Positions 7,863 through 18,354 of a stretch of DNA of 64,000 nucleotides are shown piece by piece; the stretch's first letter is position 1; each line of letters starts with the position of its first letter. The translations under genes were made by a program, and so were the position numbers. The DNA is from Candidatus Eiseniibacteriota bacterium (lineage in GTDB: Bacteria > Orphanbacterota > Orphanbacteria > Orphanbacterales > Orphanbacteraceae): assembly GCA_029262235.1 (NCBI GenBank), contig JAJCZU010000008.1, forward strand, positions 266,381-330,380. The letters run 5' to 3'. A model generated the notes under the pieces. That model worked only from the letters and a program-made list of their open reading frames with translations, did not search any database and was not told where the DNA came from.

Positions 7863-10496
7863 CTAGTCTGCTGCGGCGGGAAGCCGGGGCCGAATTTGAG
7901 TCACGACCATCGTCTCGTCGTTGAACGTTTCGGTCTCTTCGCCCACTTTCTTGCCGAGCAGAGCGGCGCCGATCGGCGCGCGATACGAAACGACTTCGGG
8001 CGCAAGCTCGCCGTCGCCCTCACCGAGCACCCAGTACGTCTGCGTTTCGCCCTTGGACGTCTTCACGGTAACTTCCGTACCGGGCGAGACGGCATCCTCG
8101 GGAAGATGCATGTCTTCGATCAGCGACGCCAGACGAACGCGTTCGTACATCTGCTCGAGGCGCTGGCTCGCGTCACGCTGCTTCTTCTTCGCGGCATGAT
8201 ATTCCGCGTTTTCTTTGAGGTCGCCGAGTTCGCGTGCTTCGCGGATCATTTTCGGAATCGTCGTTTTGAGATCCCAGTCGAGTTCTTCGACTTCTTTTCG
8301 CAGACGCTCCAGAGTCGGCTTCGTCATCAGAATGCGGCCGCCGTACTGGTCGAGCATCGACGTCTCGGCCACCGGCCTGAGCGCCTGACGCTTTTCTTCG
8401 ACGGCAGCGGCAATATCAGAGAGCGGCGTATCCGTGAACAGCTCGAGAAGCGGGAACAGATAGCGCTCCGAATGTTTCCAGTGTGCGAGCCGGTTCGTGA
8501 GGAACTCACGCTCCGCTTCGTTCAGTTCGCAGGCCTGGATCGCCTTCTTGAACGACGGCGTTTCGACAAGCTTCTGCGCGTCCTTGCGATGCGTCTCTTT
8601 CTCAGGCTCTTCGAGCAGGTAGATGATCGAGTGCATCATGCGTACGAGCAGATCCGGACGCGTATCGAGCAGCTCTTTCACGAGGAAGAGAACCGCATTG
8701 CCGCATCGCGGACTTTCGTCGAGCAGGTCGAGAATGATCAGGTCGCGAACGGTCGGTTCCATCACATCGAGCAGGCTCCACGCCTCTTTGCGAACGGAAA
8801 GAATACGCGAAGTCAGAAGCAGCCGCACGGCGCGTGTCTGTTCTTCGTCCGGCGCCACCTGCAGCAGCAGCTTCTGCTGTTCGGTCGCGAGTACGCCGAG
8901 TTCGGGATCGCGCTCGAGCGCGTGCAGCGCGTCGACGAATCCGGCCTCGTCGGGGATCCCGACACGGTAGAGCATCATGTGCCCGAGCATGCGGAGCCCG
9001 GCGGGGCGTTCGTCGTTGTTCGCGATGTTGCGGATTTCGTTGCCGTAACGATCGGCCACGTCCTGCAGCCCGTCGGGATGCTGATCCAGGAAATTCGAAA
9101 GCAGCCCCATCGACTTCTTGAAGTTTCCGGCGAGGATCACGTCAGGCGCGCGCACGTGCGCGTCGTCGCCGTCCTTCAGGCTGACAATGTTGCGGAAAGA
9201 CTGCGTCCAGTCGAAGCGCGGATCCTTCTCCGCCTCCTTTTTGACGTTCTTCCACCAGTCGGCCCAGCTCTGGGCCGTCAGCAGTTCGAGATGAACGAGC
9301 TGTTTCTTGATCTGGTCGCGCGTGGCCTTGCCGCCGAGATGTTCGAGAACGTGCTCGAGCAGATCGGGGCGACGTTCGGAAACGGCGCGCAGAACACCGT
9401 CGCGGTCGTGATACATCTTGACGCGCAGATCGGTGGAGTCCAGGAACTCGAGCGCGGTCTTCGCGAGCTGAAGGCTCATCTTGTGCTTCGGCTTGTCGAG
9501 GAAGTCGATCAGCAGATTCTCACCGTCGTTGTCCGTTACCTGCCCGACGCCCCATCCGTAATGGTAGACGTGCTTGCCGGCCGGAAGTTCCAGGAGCTTT
9601 TTCAAATTCTTGAGCGCCTCTTTGATCGGCACGTTTTCGTCGGCAATTCCCGTGCGCTCGAAAAGCTTCACGGGCTCGGTAAGATCCGGATACGCCTCGG
9701 GGCCGAAACGGACCGCGATCTTGCGAAGGGGACTGTCGTCGTTCGCCTTCGCCAGATGCTTGTGCAGAATCTTCCAGACGCGCCGGCCCATGCCATGCCT
9801 CTGGAACGGCTCCGTCACGAACTCGAAGATCGTCGTTACGCGGTCGAACTCTTCGATCTTGATGAGTTCGGTCATCGCGTCGAGGATGTGATCCGCTTCC
9901 ACGGCGTCGACAGTTTCGACGAGCGCAAGAACGCCTTCTTCCAACCTGTCGAAATCTTTTTTCTTGGCGAATGTGGGAAGCGATGCGGCGATCAGTTTTC
10001 TTCCGGAGCGGTCACTGTCATCGATGCGGGATTGTCCGAGGGCCCAGAGCAGTTTGTGATCTTCGGGGGCGATCTCGTGGGCCCGTTCCAGAAGCGCCCT
10101 CGGCGCGTTCTCGGATCCCCCCTTCTCCCAGAGTCTCGCCGCGAACCGCGAAAACTCCGGGGTCGGCATCTCCTCGAGGAACCGTTCGAGAATCGGCCGG
10201 AGCCCCTCCCACTTTTTGTGCTGCTCGAGTCGCTCGCACAAGTGAGCGGTCATCCGCATGCCGATCGGACGGTCGCCGGCAACGAATTGCCCGCGCGCCG
10301 CGGCGTAGGCGAGAGTATCGCCTACCTCCTTGCCCTTCACCAATGGTGCTACAAAAGTAAGTAGATTCGAACCCTTGCCATCTTCGACGATGTCTTCAAC
10401 CGCCGTGACGATCAGTTCGACCGTTTCTTCATTGAGGGGGGTGGCCCCTCCCGTGGGATCCTGCTGAAGCTTCAGGATTTCCTTCAGTCTGTCCAA
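7863..10496 (-). CDS. greA: GreA-family transcript cleavage factor with ~720-aa N-terminal extension
   Basis: C-terminal IREARELGDLKENAEYHAAK and VSYRAPIGAALLGKKVG; internal V.H.GWGVG.V motif; GGAGG SD before TTG at 10496. Confidence 0.85.
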   Translation of the reverse strand: MDRLKEILKLQQDPTGGATPLNEETVELIVTAVEDIVEDGKGSNLLTFVAPLVKGKEVGDTLAYAAARGQFVAGDRPIGMRMTAHLCERLEQHKKWEGLRPILERFLEEMPTPEFSRFAARLWEKGGSENAPRALLERAHEIAPEDHKLLWALGQSRIDDSDRSGRKLIAASLPTFAKKKDFDRLEEGVLALVETVDAVEADHILDAMTELIKIEEFDRVTTIFEFVTEPFQRHGMGRRVWKILHKHLAKANDDSPLRKIAVRFGPEAYPDLTEPVKLFERTGIADENVPIKEALKNLKKLLELPAGKHVYHYGWGVGQVTDNDGENLLIDFLDKPKHKMSLQLAKTALEFLDSTDLRVKMYHDRDGVLRAVSERRPDLLEHVLEHLGGKATRDQIKKQLVHLELLTAQSWADWWKNVKKEAEKDPRFDWTQSFRNIVSLKDGDDAHVRAPDVILAGNFKKSMGLLSNFLDQHPDGLQDVADRYGNEIRNIANNDERPAGLRMLGHMMLYRVGIPDEAGFVDALHALERDPELGVLATEQQKLLLQVAPDEEQTRAVRLLLTSRILSVRKEAWSLLDVMEPTVRDLIILDLLDESPRCGNAVLFLVKELLDTRPDLLVRMMHSIIYLLEEPEKETHRKDAQKLVETPSFKKAIQACELNEAEREFLTNRLAHWKHSERYLFPLLELFTDTPLSDIAAAVEEKRQALRPVAETSMLDQYGGRILMTKPTLERLRKEVEELDWDLKTTIPKMIREARELGDLKENAEYHAAKKKQRDASQRLEQMYERVRLASLIEDMHLPEDAVSPGTEVTVKTSKGETQTYWVLGEGDGELAPEVVSYRAPIGAALLGKKVGEETETFNDETMVVTQIRPRLPAAAD

Positions 10497-10649
10497 TCGA
10501 TTTCCTCCGAGTAGAGAAGGAGTATGGTATCGCATACCCCGAGTCCTGACAAGGTAAGGGGAATTTTCTATCACGCCAAGTCCCCCCCTTGAACCTCTCC
10601 CCGGCGAGTGGGATCATAGCCTGATATTCACCCTTTCAGGAGAAGTTTG

Positions 10650-12329
10650 ATGGCGCTGGTCGAGTGCGTACCGAATATCAGTGAGGGACGCGATCCTTCG
10701 ATAATTCAAGCGGTTACGGCGGAACTGGGACACGTGGAGGGGGTCACGCTCCTCGATGTGGACCCCGGAAAAGCCACAAATCGGACGGTCATTACTTTTG
10801 TGGGCGGTCCGGACGCCGTTGTCGAGGGCGCGTTTCGAATCATCGCAAAAGCGGCGGAATTGATCGATATGAGCCGCCACGAGGGGGAACACCCCCGGAT
10901 GGGAGCCACGGACGTGTGCCCGTTCATCCCCGTTTCGGGGATCACGATGGACGAATGCGCGGAGCTCGCCCGGCGGCTCGGCAAGCGTGTCGGGCGTGAA
11001 CTCGGCGTTCCCGTCTATCTATATGAACACGCGGCCACGAGCCCCGAGCGCGCGAACCTGGCCACGATACGCGCCGGCGAATACGAAGGGCTCGCGAAAA
11101 AACTGCAGGACCCGCACTGGAAACCCGATTTCGGCGACGCGAAGTTCAACGCGCGGGCCGGCGCCACCGTGATCGGCGCGCGCAAGTTCCTGATCGCGTA
11201 CAACGTGAATCTGAACAGCGTGAACAAAGCGCTCGCGCACGACATCGCTTTGAACATCCGCGAGGCGGGACGCAACATGCGCGGCGCGGACGGCAAGTTC
11301 GTGCGCGGTGCCGACGGCAAGCCGAAAATACAGCCGGGGCTTTTCAAGGACGTGAAAGCGGTCGGCTGGTACATCGACGAATATCAGCGCGCGCAGATTT
11401 CGATCAACTTCACCGACCACGAAGTGTCTCCGATTCATGAGGTGTTCGAAGAGATTCGCAGGCAGGCGGCCGAGCGCGGCATGCGCGTCACGGGAAGCGA
11501 ACTCGTGGGGCTCATTCCGAAGAGCGCGCTCGTTGCGGCCGGACTCTACTATCTCGAAAAGCAGGACGCGTCGCTCGGCGTTCCCGAAGCGCGTGTGATC
11601 GAAACGGCGATTCAGTCGCTCGGGCTGCACGACCTCGGCCCGTTCGACCCGGCCGAAAAAGTGATCGAGTATCGCGTGGGCGGCGAGCATGGCGCGCTTG
11701 CCGCCATGACCGTCAAACAGTTTGTGGATGAAGTGTCGACCGAATCTCCCGCCCCCGGCGGCGGCAGCGTGGCCGCGCTCTGCGGTTCGCTCGGCGCGGC
11801 ACTTTCGTCAATGGTCGCGAATCTCACGGTGGGCAAGAAGGGATACGAGGATCACTGGAAGACGATGAGCGATATCGCCGTCGAGGCGCAGGCGCTCAAG
11901 GTCTTCTTCGTCGACATGATCGATCGCGACACCGAAGCGTTTACGGGCGTGCTTGTCGCGCGGCGCCTTCCGAACGGGAGCCCGGCCGAGAAAAAGGCGC
12001 GCGAAGACGCGATTCTCGCCGCGATGAAGGACGCGAGCATGGTCCCGTTCGCGACGCTCGAAGCGTGCCTGCGCGCAACCGACCTCGCGGAACGCTCCGC
12101 GAAAAACGGGAATTCCGCCGTGCTCTCGGACGCGGCGGTCGGCGCGCTCTGCGCAGAAGCGGCGGCGGAAAGCGCCTGGTTCAACGTGCTCATCAATATC
12201 GGCGATATCGACGATCCCGCATTCGTGCAGGATCTGAAAGCCAGGGCCGACGGCGTGCTCGAAGCCGTACGCAACCAGTCGAGGAGCGTGCGCGATTCCG
12301 TTCGAATCGCGATCGAATCGGGTTCCTGA
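10650..12329 (+). CDS. ftcD: glutamate formimidoyltransferase / formiminotetrahydrofolate cyclodeaminase fusion
   Basis: ECVPNISEGR, HPRMGATDVCPF, IRAGEYEG; C-terminal SPAPGGGSVAA. Confidence 0.95.
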   Translation: MALVECVPNISEGRDPSIIQAVTAELGHVEGVTLLDVDPGKATNRTVITFVGGPDAVVEGAFRIIAKAAELIDMSRHEGEHPRMGATDVCPFIPVSGITMDECAELARRLGKRVGRELGVPVYLYEHAATSPERANLATIRAGEYEGLAKKLQDPHWKPDFGDAKFNARAGATVIGARKFLIAYNVNLNSVNKALAHDIALNIREAGRNMRGADGKFVRGADGKPKIQPGLFKDVKAVGWYIDEYQRAQISINFTDHEVSPIHEVFEEIRRQAAERGMRVTGSELVGLIPKSALVAAGLYYLEKQDASLGVPEARVIETAIQSLGLHDLGPFDPAEKVIEYRVGGEHGALAAMTVKQFVDEVSTESPAPGGGSVAALCGSLGAALSSMVANLTVGKKGYEDHWKTMSDIAVEAQALKVFFVDMIDRDTEAFTGVLVARRLPNGSPAEKKAREDAILAAMKDASMVPFATLEACLRATDLAERSAKNGNSAVLSDAAVGALCAEAAAESAWFNVLINIGDIDDPAFVQDLKARADGVLEAVRNQSRSVRDSVRIAIESGS

Positions 12330-12393
12330 CGCCTGTACCGATCGTGCCGGTCCGTTTCTTTCCTGATGAGCGCGACGAACCTGCGGGGCAGTT

Positions 12394-14592
12394 GTGGATT
12401 TTTCGATTCTGAGAATCGCGCTCGATCTGACGTACGGTCTGGCTTTGAACGCCCTGCTTGTTTGCGCCGCCGTTTCCCTCTCCAGGCGCGGCGCGAAGCG
12501 CGGGAACGACGACGACCGCACGGCAACGATCGGCGCCATCGAAAGCGTGCTTTCACTCGGGCTCGCGTTTGCAGCGCTACTCGTACTTATCGTGACCGTC
12601 GCCGGATCGTGCGGCGTACTCGACAACCGGCCGGCCGTTCTGGCACTTACGGCCGTTGCCGCCTGGATCTGCGGTCTGCTTCCTTCGCGGCGCACGAAGA
12701 ACTGGCGGTCCACCGCAACCCGGGCCCTGGATAGCGGGCGCGGCCTCTCGCACCTTCTGCTGCGCGGCCGGGCCGGCTTCGTCGCCCTCGGCCTCCTTCT
12801 GATTCCCTGGCTCGCGATCTTCTGCGATCAGGCGTTCGTTCCGCCCGTAGCGTGGGACGCGCTGACGTATCATCTCGTGCAGCCCGTGCACTGGATCCAG
12901 ACGGGTACTCTTTCCACGCTTCCTCAGCCATTCGGTGAACCGGGCATCCCCTACTTTCCGCTGGTCGTCGAAATCCTCTACTGCTGGGGCTATCTTTCGA
13001 CCGGCAGCGACGCATGGACTGTCTTCGCGCAGGTTCCCGCCGCCCTCGCAGGCGCGCTTGCGATCGCGGGAACCGTCGTGCAGCTCGGCGCCCGGCCGCG
13101 CGCGGGAGCCATTGCCGGCATTCTCTGGATCAGCCTGCCGCTCGTCATCCGGCAGACGGTCGAGCCGATGGTGGACATCTGGATCGGCGCGTTTTTTCTC
13201 GCGGCACTCTTTTTCGTGATCCGATGGCGGGAAGCCGGCGAGACGGGAAGAATCTGGTTCGCAAGCGCCGCGGCCGGGCTCATGGTCGGAACGAAATACA
13301 CGGGCGCGGTATACCTGCTCCCGCTCTTTCTCCTCGTGGCCGTCGCGATTCCGTTCCGCCTGCGGAGCGGCACGAAGCCCGGCGAAATCGTGCGCGCCGT
13401 CGGAGCCGGCACGGTCGTGGCACTGCTTCTCGGCGGCTACACGTACGCGCGCAACCTGTGGGCGGGCGGGAATCCGTTTCTGCCGCTCGAAGTCGCGATC
13501 GGCGAAACCGTCCTCTTCCCGGGGCTCGTCTCTCCGGACCGCTATTTCGCGATGGAGCTCTTCGACGACGCGCATTCGCGTCTGACGATGGTCCGGTTCC
13601 TCTTCTCGCCACGCGCGATCCTGGACTTCGGCCCGGGCTTCGCCGCACTCGCTTTCGTTCCGTTTCTCGCGATCGGCATCGCCGCGGCTCGTCGCTCCGG
13701 GGCACGCGCGCTTCCTGCGGCCCTGGCCGTGGTCGCGCTGCTACTGCTCGCGGCCCACCTCTTCCTGATTCCGTACAAGTCGAACCGCTACCTGTTTCCG
13801 TTCGCAGGGACGGCCATCGCGCTGGCCCTGCTGATCGTTCCCGCGCGCATGCAGAACCTGCTGCTGTTCTTCCCCGCAGTCTCGCTGCCTCTCACTCTGT
13901 TTTACTGGGGGAAGGAAATGGCCTGGGGCGGAGTGACCGGGCACCACGTGTTCTACTTCGCTCTGATTGCCGCCTGCGCGCCGATCGCTTTCCTCTTGAT
14001 GAAGCGTGGGCGAAGAAGCGGCACGACCAGGCGCCGGCTGATCACGACCGCCGTTCTGCTCCTCGCGTGCGCCGGCGCGCAGACGTTTTACGAATCGCAG
14101 CGCTATCCGCAGTGGCTCCGGTTCTGGAGTACGCGTTTTGAGTGGGAGAGCGGCGGCAAGGCGCGCGAAGATCTGGCGGCAACCGCGGCAGCGTGGAGCG
14201 CGCTTGCCGATCTCACGCGCGACGAACCGGCCACGATCGCCCACACGGGCAACAACCTCCCCTACCCGCTCACGGGAACGAGGCTTCGGAACCGCATTCT
14301 CTTTGTTCCCCGCAACGAGAATCGAGAGGGTGTGGTGTTCGACTGGAACGTGCGGCCGCACGACATTCTGGCGGGCGAGTCAAAGCAGGCCTGGCTTCCA
14401 AACGTGTTCGATCTGGAGGTGGATTATCTCTGTGTTTTTCGGATGGATGAACGGTTCGATCCGGAACTCGGCTTCCCCGTTGAGGACGCATGGGCCCGGG
14501 AACACCCGGCGTGGTTCGTGCCTGTGCACACTTCACACTGGGCCCGGATTTATCGGGTGGACGCCGTCGTAGTGCCTGCCGCGGACGAGTGA
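12394..14592 (+). CDS. polytopic membrane protein, GT-C (ArnT/PMT-like) glycosyltransferase
   Basis: Many TM segments; WDALTYHL, GTKYTG, Y.RN....GNPF.P, RYLFP. Confidence 0.7.
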   Translation: MDFSILRIALDLTYGLALNALLVCAAVSLSRRGAKRGNDDDRTATIGAIESVLSLGLAFAALLVLIVTVAGSCGVLDNRPAVLALTAVAAWICGLLPSRRTKNWRSTATRALDSGRGLSHLLLRGRAGFVALGLLLIPWLAIFCDQAFVPPVAWDALTYHLVQPVHWIQTGTLSTLPQPFGEPGIPYFPLVVEILYCWGYLSTGSDAWTVFAQVPAALAGALAIAGTVVQLGARPRAGAIAGILWISLPLVIRQTVEPMVDIWIGAFFLAALFFVIRWREAGETGRIWFASAAAGLMVGTKYTGAVYLLPLFLLVAVAIPFRLRSGTKPGEIVRAVGAGTVVALLLGGYTYARNLWAGGNPFLPLEVAIGETVLFPGLVSPDRYFAMELFDDAHSRLTMVRFLFSPRAILDFGPGFAALAFVPFLAIGIAAARRSGARALPAALAVVALLLLAAHLFLIPYKSNRYLFPFAGTAIALALLIVPARMQNLLLFFPAVSLPLTLFYWGKEMAWGGVTGHHVFYFALIAACAPIAFLLMKRGRRSGTTRRRLITTAVLLLACAGAQTFYESQRYPQWLRFWSTRFEWESGGKAREDLAATAAAWSALADLTRDEPATIAHTGNNLPYPLTGTRLRNRILFVPRNENREGVVFDWNVRPHDILAGESKQAWLPNVFDLEVDYLCVFRMDERFDPELGFPVEDAWAREHPAWFVPVHTSHWARIYRVDAVVVPAADE

Positions 14593-14595
14593 TCC

Positions 14596-15348
14596 CTACT
14601 CCTGATCGCGCCGTCGCGCACTCACGATCAGGTTCGGCTCCAGAATGACCTTGCGGGCGCTGATGCCGGACGCGAAGAGCGCGGCGCGGGCCACGAACCG
14701 CACCGGGTGCCAGACGACCTTGCGCATCATCTCCATACCGGCCGAAGGCATCCTCACGAGACCGGGCAGAATTCTCACGTCGCGATATCCGAGACTCGTG
14801 AAAAGCTCCTCCGCGGAGTAGTGATTCAGAATGCACTCGTGTGTGAAGTCGCCGTGAGAGAAGACGGTGCCGAACAGCGAGTCGATGTTCGGCGTGCGGA
14901 AGATCACCTGCCCGCCCGGCCGCAGCGCCTTCTGCGCGGCGGCGAGAAGCGTGACGAGTTCGCTTTTCGTGTAGTGCTCGATGATGTCGATTCCGGTAAT
15001 GAGATCGTAGCGGTTCCCGGCCCCCTCGAGGAACGGAATCGCGTCCGCCGCGCGCACTTCGGCGTGCCCGAGGGCGTGGGCGAGCGCGACCTGGTCTTCG
15101 CTGATATCGATGCCGGCAATATCGGTGTAGCCCGCGCGCTTCAGCGCCCCGATCATCGACCCCGTGCCGGAGCCGATATCGAGCACGGCCGCATGCGTCG
15201 GCACATCCAGCAGCGGCATGATCTCGCTCTCGAGATGGAGTGACGCCGCATTCACGGAATCGGCCGTCTTTTCGAGGCTTTCGAAGCGCCCCTGGCTCCG
15301 CGAGTAGTCGCGATAAAGCGTCTCACGATAGCGGGTCGATTCCTCCAT
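14596..15348 (-). CDS. class I SAM-dependent methyltransferase
   Basis: VLDIGSGTG, GIDIS, DIIEH, L.PGG, TPN, DFTH. Confidence 0.9.
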   Translation of the reverse strand: MEESTRYRETLYRDYSRSQGRFESLEKTADSVNAASLHLESEIMPLLDVPTHAAVLDIGSGTGSMIGALKRAGYTDIAGIDISEDQVALAHALGHAEVRAADAIPFLEGAGNRYDLITGIDIIEHYTKSELVTLLAAAQKALRPGGQVIFRTPNIDSLFGTVFSHGDFTHECILNHYSAEELFTSLGYRDVRILPGLVRMPSAGMEMMRKVVWHPVRFVARAALFASGISARKVILEPNLIVSARRRDQE

Positions 15349-15486
15349 GCGGGCCACCTTCGCGCCCTTCGAGGGGCGGCACTGTCCTGGGACGAACACG
15401 TTTCCGGGAACTGCGGTCTGACCGCGATAGTACGCCCTGCCCGATATGCCTGTCCACCGGGCCCCCGCCCCCCCGGGGACCCTCGA

Positions 15487-15516
15487 TTGACATGCTCTCG
15501 AACCGCGGGATACTAT
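15487..15516 (+). promoter_or_regulatory. sigma70 promoter of the polysaccharide operon
   Basis: TTGACA-N18-TACTAT. Confidence 0.55.
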
Positions 15517-15568
15517 CTCACGGCCCATTCCTGTCGGCCTAACCGTTCAAACGTTCAGGGATATCAGC

Positions 15569-16789
15569 GTGAGCGAATCTGAAAACAAGCAGGATCAGCG
15601 CGACTTCTCCGTGCTGGGAGCCCTCGAGGTTCTGGTACGGCACCGGCGCCTCATCGTGGCGAACGTAATCATTGTTACGCTCATCGCGGTGATCGTTTCG
15701 CTCCTGCTGCCGAAATGGTACCGCAGCACGGCCGTGATCCTGCCGCCGGAGTCGAGCTTCGATCCGCTCATGACCATGGGCGCCGTGGCGCGGGTGGCTG
15801 CCACCGCCAACCTTCCGTGGTTCGCGACGAAGTCCGACGTGTACGGCGTGGTACTTACGAGCCGTTTTCTGGCCGAGAAACTCATCGAGCGCTACGACCT
15901 GATCAACGTCTACGAAGCCGACAATATCGAAGAGGCGATCAAGGCCCTGAACCGGCATCGGTGGATCCGCGTAACGGACGAAGGATTGATCGAAGTCAGC
16001 GTGGAGGCGCGCGATCCGCAGATGGCGGCCGACATGGCGAACACGTCGCTCGAATATCTCGACGAATTCAACCGCAACACCCGCATGACGGACGGCAAGA
16101 AAACGCTGCTGTTCGTCGAAGAGCGCATCCGGGAAACCGAAATCGACCTCGAAGCCGCCGAGAACGCGCTGCAGGATTTCCAGGAGGAGTTCGGGGCCGT
16201 CGAGCTCACGGTGCAGACCGAGGCGCTGATCACGGCCGCGGTCGAAATCGAAACGCAGATCCGGGCCATCGACCTGCAGCTCACGAACCTCAGGAGCTTC
16301 GCCACCGAGAGCTTTCCCGAAGTGCAGAATTTCCGCGCGCAGAAACGAAACCTCGAAGCACAGCTGCAGGAGCTCATCGGCAAGACCGAGCAGGACCCGC
16401 TCGATTCAGGCATAGGCGATTCTCCGATCTCGCCCGCGCTTCGTCGCCTGCCCGATGTCGGCATTCGCTACGTACGCCTCCGGCGCCAGGTGGAGCTGCT
16501 TTCGAACGTGTATTCGTTTCTCGCGCAGGAGCTGGAGCGATCGAAGATTCTGGCCAAGCGCGATACGCCCACGATCCAGCTGCTCGACAGCGCTTCGCCG
16601 CCCGTAAAAAGACACCGCCCACGGAGAACGCTGATCGTGATCGTCGCGTTCATCGCCTCCATATTCGGCAGCGTGTTTCTCGCCTTCGGTCTCGATTTCA
16701 TGAGTCGCTGGCGCGAGGACGAGGAAAACCACCGTCGCCTCACGCGGATCATCGGCACGCTGCGGAACGACTGGCGGGGGTCGCGCTGA
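15569..16789 (+). CDS. polysaccharide co-polymerase / chain-length determinant (Wzz/GumC-like)
   Basis: Two TM helices around a coiled coil; PKWYRSTA.ILPP; LD.A.PP....RP.R; no kinase domain. Confidence 0.85.
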   Translation: MSESENKQDQRDFSVLGALEVLVRHRRLIVANVIIVTLIAVIVSLLLPKWYRSTAVILPPESSFDPLMTMGAVARVAATANLPWFATKSDVYGVVLTSRFLAEKLIERYDLINVYEADNIEEAIKALNRHRWIRVTDEGLIEVSVEARDPQMAADMANTSLEYLDEFNRNTRMTDGKKTLLFVEERIRETEIDLEAAENALQDFQEEFGAVELTVQTEALITAAVEIETQIRAIDLQLTNLRSFATESFPEVQNFRAQKRNLEAQLQELIGKTEQDPLDSGIGDSPISPALRRLPDVGIRYVRLRRQVELLSNVYSFLAQELERSKILAKRDTPTIQLLDSASPPVKRHRPRRTLIVIVAFIASIFGSVFLAFGLDFMSRWREDEENHRRLTRIIGTLRNDWRGSR

Positions 16790-16848
16790 TCCGCTGACCG
16801 CTTCCGGGTCGCATGATGCGACGTCTCTTCCTGCCAAAGGCATGGACC

Positions 16849-18354
16849 ATGATGCACGACTCGAACGGTACGGTCGATTTCCCCGTCGCGGGCGGACCGC
16901 CCCCTCTCACGACACGCGTCATGCGCGCGCTTCTCGTCGCGGGAATCCTGGCAGCCGAAGGCGTGATCCTGCTCGCGCTCGGGTTTCAGGGCCCCCTGTC
17001 AGCCGGTCTGATTCTCGGCGGCATCTTTTTCGTCGTACTCGCGCTGGCAACACCTGCCGTGGCGTGGCTTGCGATCGTGGCCGCCGTTCCCTTCTCGATC
17101 GAAATTCTGCTGCCCGGAGTCGGGGCCGCGTTTCAGGCGCCCACCGAGCCGATGATCCTGATGCTCGTGCCGCTATGGGGCATCGGACTCATGCAGGGCG
17201 CCGCGAGAAAATGGCCGCCCCGCAACTTCGTAATCGCCCTTCTCGGCATCACGATCGTGCCGTACCTCACCTGCGTCTATACCGCCAAACCCGCTGAAAC
17301 GTTCAAGGTCGCGTCGAACCTCGTGATGTATGCCGCGTTCGGCATCTTCCTCGGCTGCTCCGCATTGAAAAATGTGCGCGACCTGAAGAAGTTCGCGGCG
17401 GCGTTCGCGATCCCGGCCGCGCTCGCAAGCATCTACTATCTCTTCAACCTCTCGCGCACGAGCCTTTACATTCACGACGTGAATGCCGCCGGCCGGCCGA
17501 TTTTCAACGAGCACGGCACATTCGCGGCCTATCTCTGCTTCGCGTTTCCGATGGCCGTGATCTGCGTTCTCTGGTCCGAACGGCGGGGCGGACGCCTCTG
17601 GTACGGGCTCACGGCCGGGCTGATCTTCGCCGGCATCGTCTTCTCGCTGACGCGCGCCGCCTGGCTCGGGTTCCTCGGCATGGCCGGGGTCGTCACGATC
17701 TACTTCCTCTCGCATTCGCGGAACGCGCGGGCATGGGGCGCCGGCGCACTCGTCGGCGTCGCGCTCGTAGCCGCCCTGATCGCGGCCGCGCCCGAGTCAC
17801 CGATTGCCGTGCACGTTCTTTCGATCGCGGACACGAAGAGCAATGTGTCGAACCTGGAGCGCTTCAACCGGTGGATGGCCGCCATCGACATGTTCGTGGA
17901 TCGCCCGCTCGGCGGTGTCGGTTACGGCGCGTACAAATACAACTTCGGGGACTACCAGCGCATCGGCCTTTCCACGACCGAGTCGGGCCCCGGTGCGGGA
18001 GCGCACAGTCTCTACCTGAGTATTCTTGCCGAAACCGGACTCGCCGGGGCAGCAGTGAACATCGCGTTTGCCGTGACATTGTTTCTGCTCGTAAAAGCCA
18101 CGCTGAAGAGGGCGAGCCGGATGGGAGAACACGGGCGCCGGCTCGAACAGATGACCCTCGCGCTCGGCGCGGGCGTGGTTGCGTTCGCCATTCACGGCAT
18201 ATTCAACTATTACCATTCCACTGATAAAGTAAATGTGCCGTTCTGGACGTTCGTCGGGGCGCTCGTCGTGTGCGCCGAACTGACACGCGCGCCGGAACGA
18301 GGCTCCGCGGATGCCGGAGAAGGCTCCGAAAGCTCCGGGCGCCATGCTTCGTAA
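16849..18354 (+). CDS. O-antigen ligase/polymerase (Wzy_C) family protein
   Basis: Multi-TM; SLTRAAW, ERF..W..A..M...P..GVGYG, AHSLYL..LAETG..G. Confidence 0.85.
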   Translation: MMHDSNGTVDFPVAGGPPPLTTRVMRALLVAGILAAEGVILLALGFQGPLSAGLILGGIFFVVLALATPAVAWLAIVAAVPFSIEILLPGVGAAFQAPTEPMILMLVPLWGIGLMQGAARKWPPRNFVIALLGITIVPYLTCVYTAKPAETFKVASNLVMYAAFGIFLGCSALKNVRDLKKFAAAFAIPAALASIYYLFNLSRTSLYIHDVNAAGRPIFNEHGTFAAYLCFAFPMAVICVLWSERRGGRLWYGLTAGLIFAGIVFSLTRAAWLGFLGMAGVVTIYFLSHSRNARAWGAGALVGVALVAALIAAAPESPIAVHVLSIADTKSNVSNLERFNRWMAAIDMFVDRPLGGVGYGAYKYNFGDYQRIGLSTTESGPGAGAHSLYLSILAETGLAGAAVNIAFAVTLFLLVKATLKRASRMGEHGRRLEQMTLALGAGVVAFAIHGIFNYYHSTDKVNVPFWTFVGALVVCAELTRAPERGSADAGEGSESSGRHAS

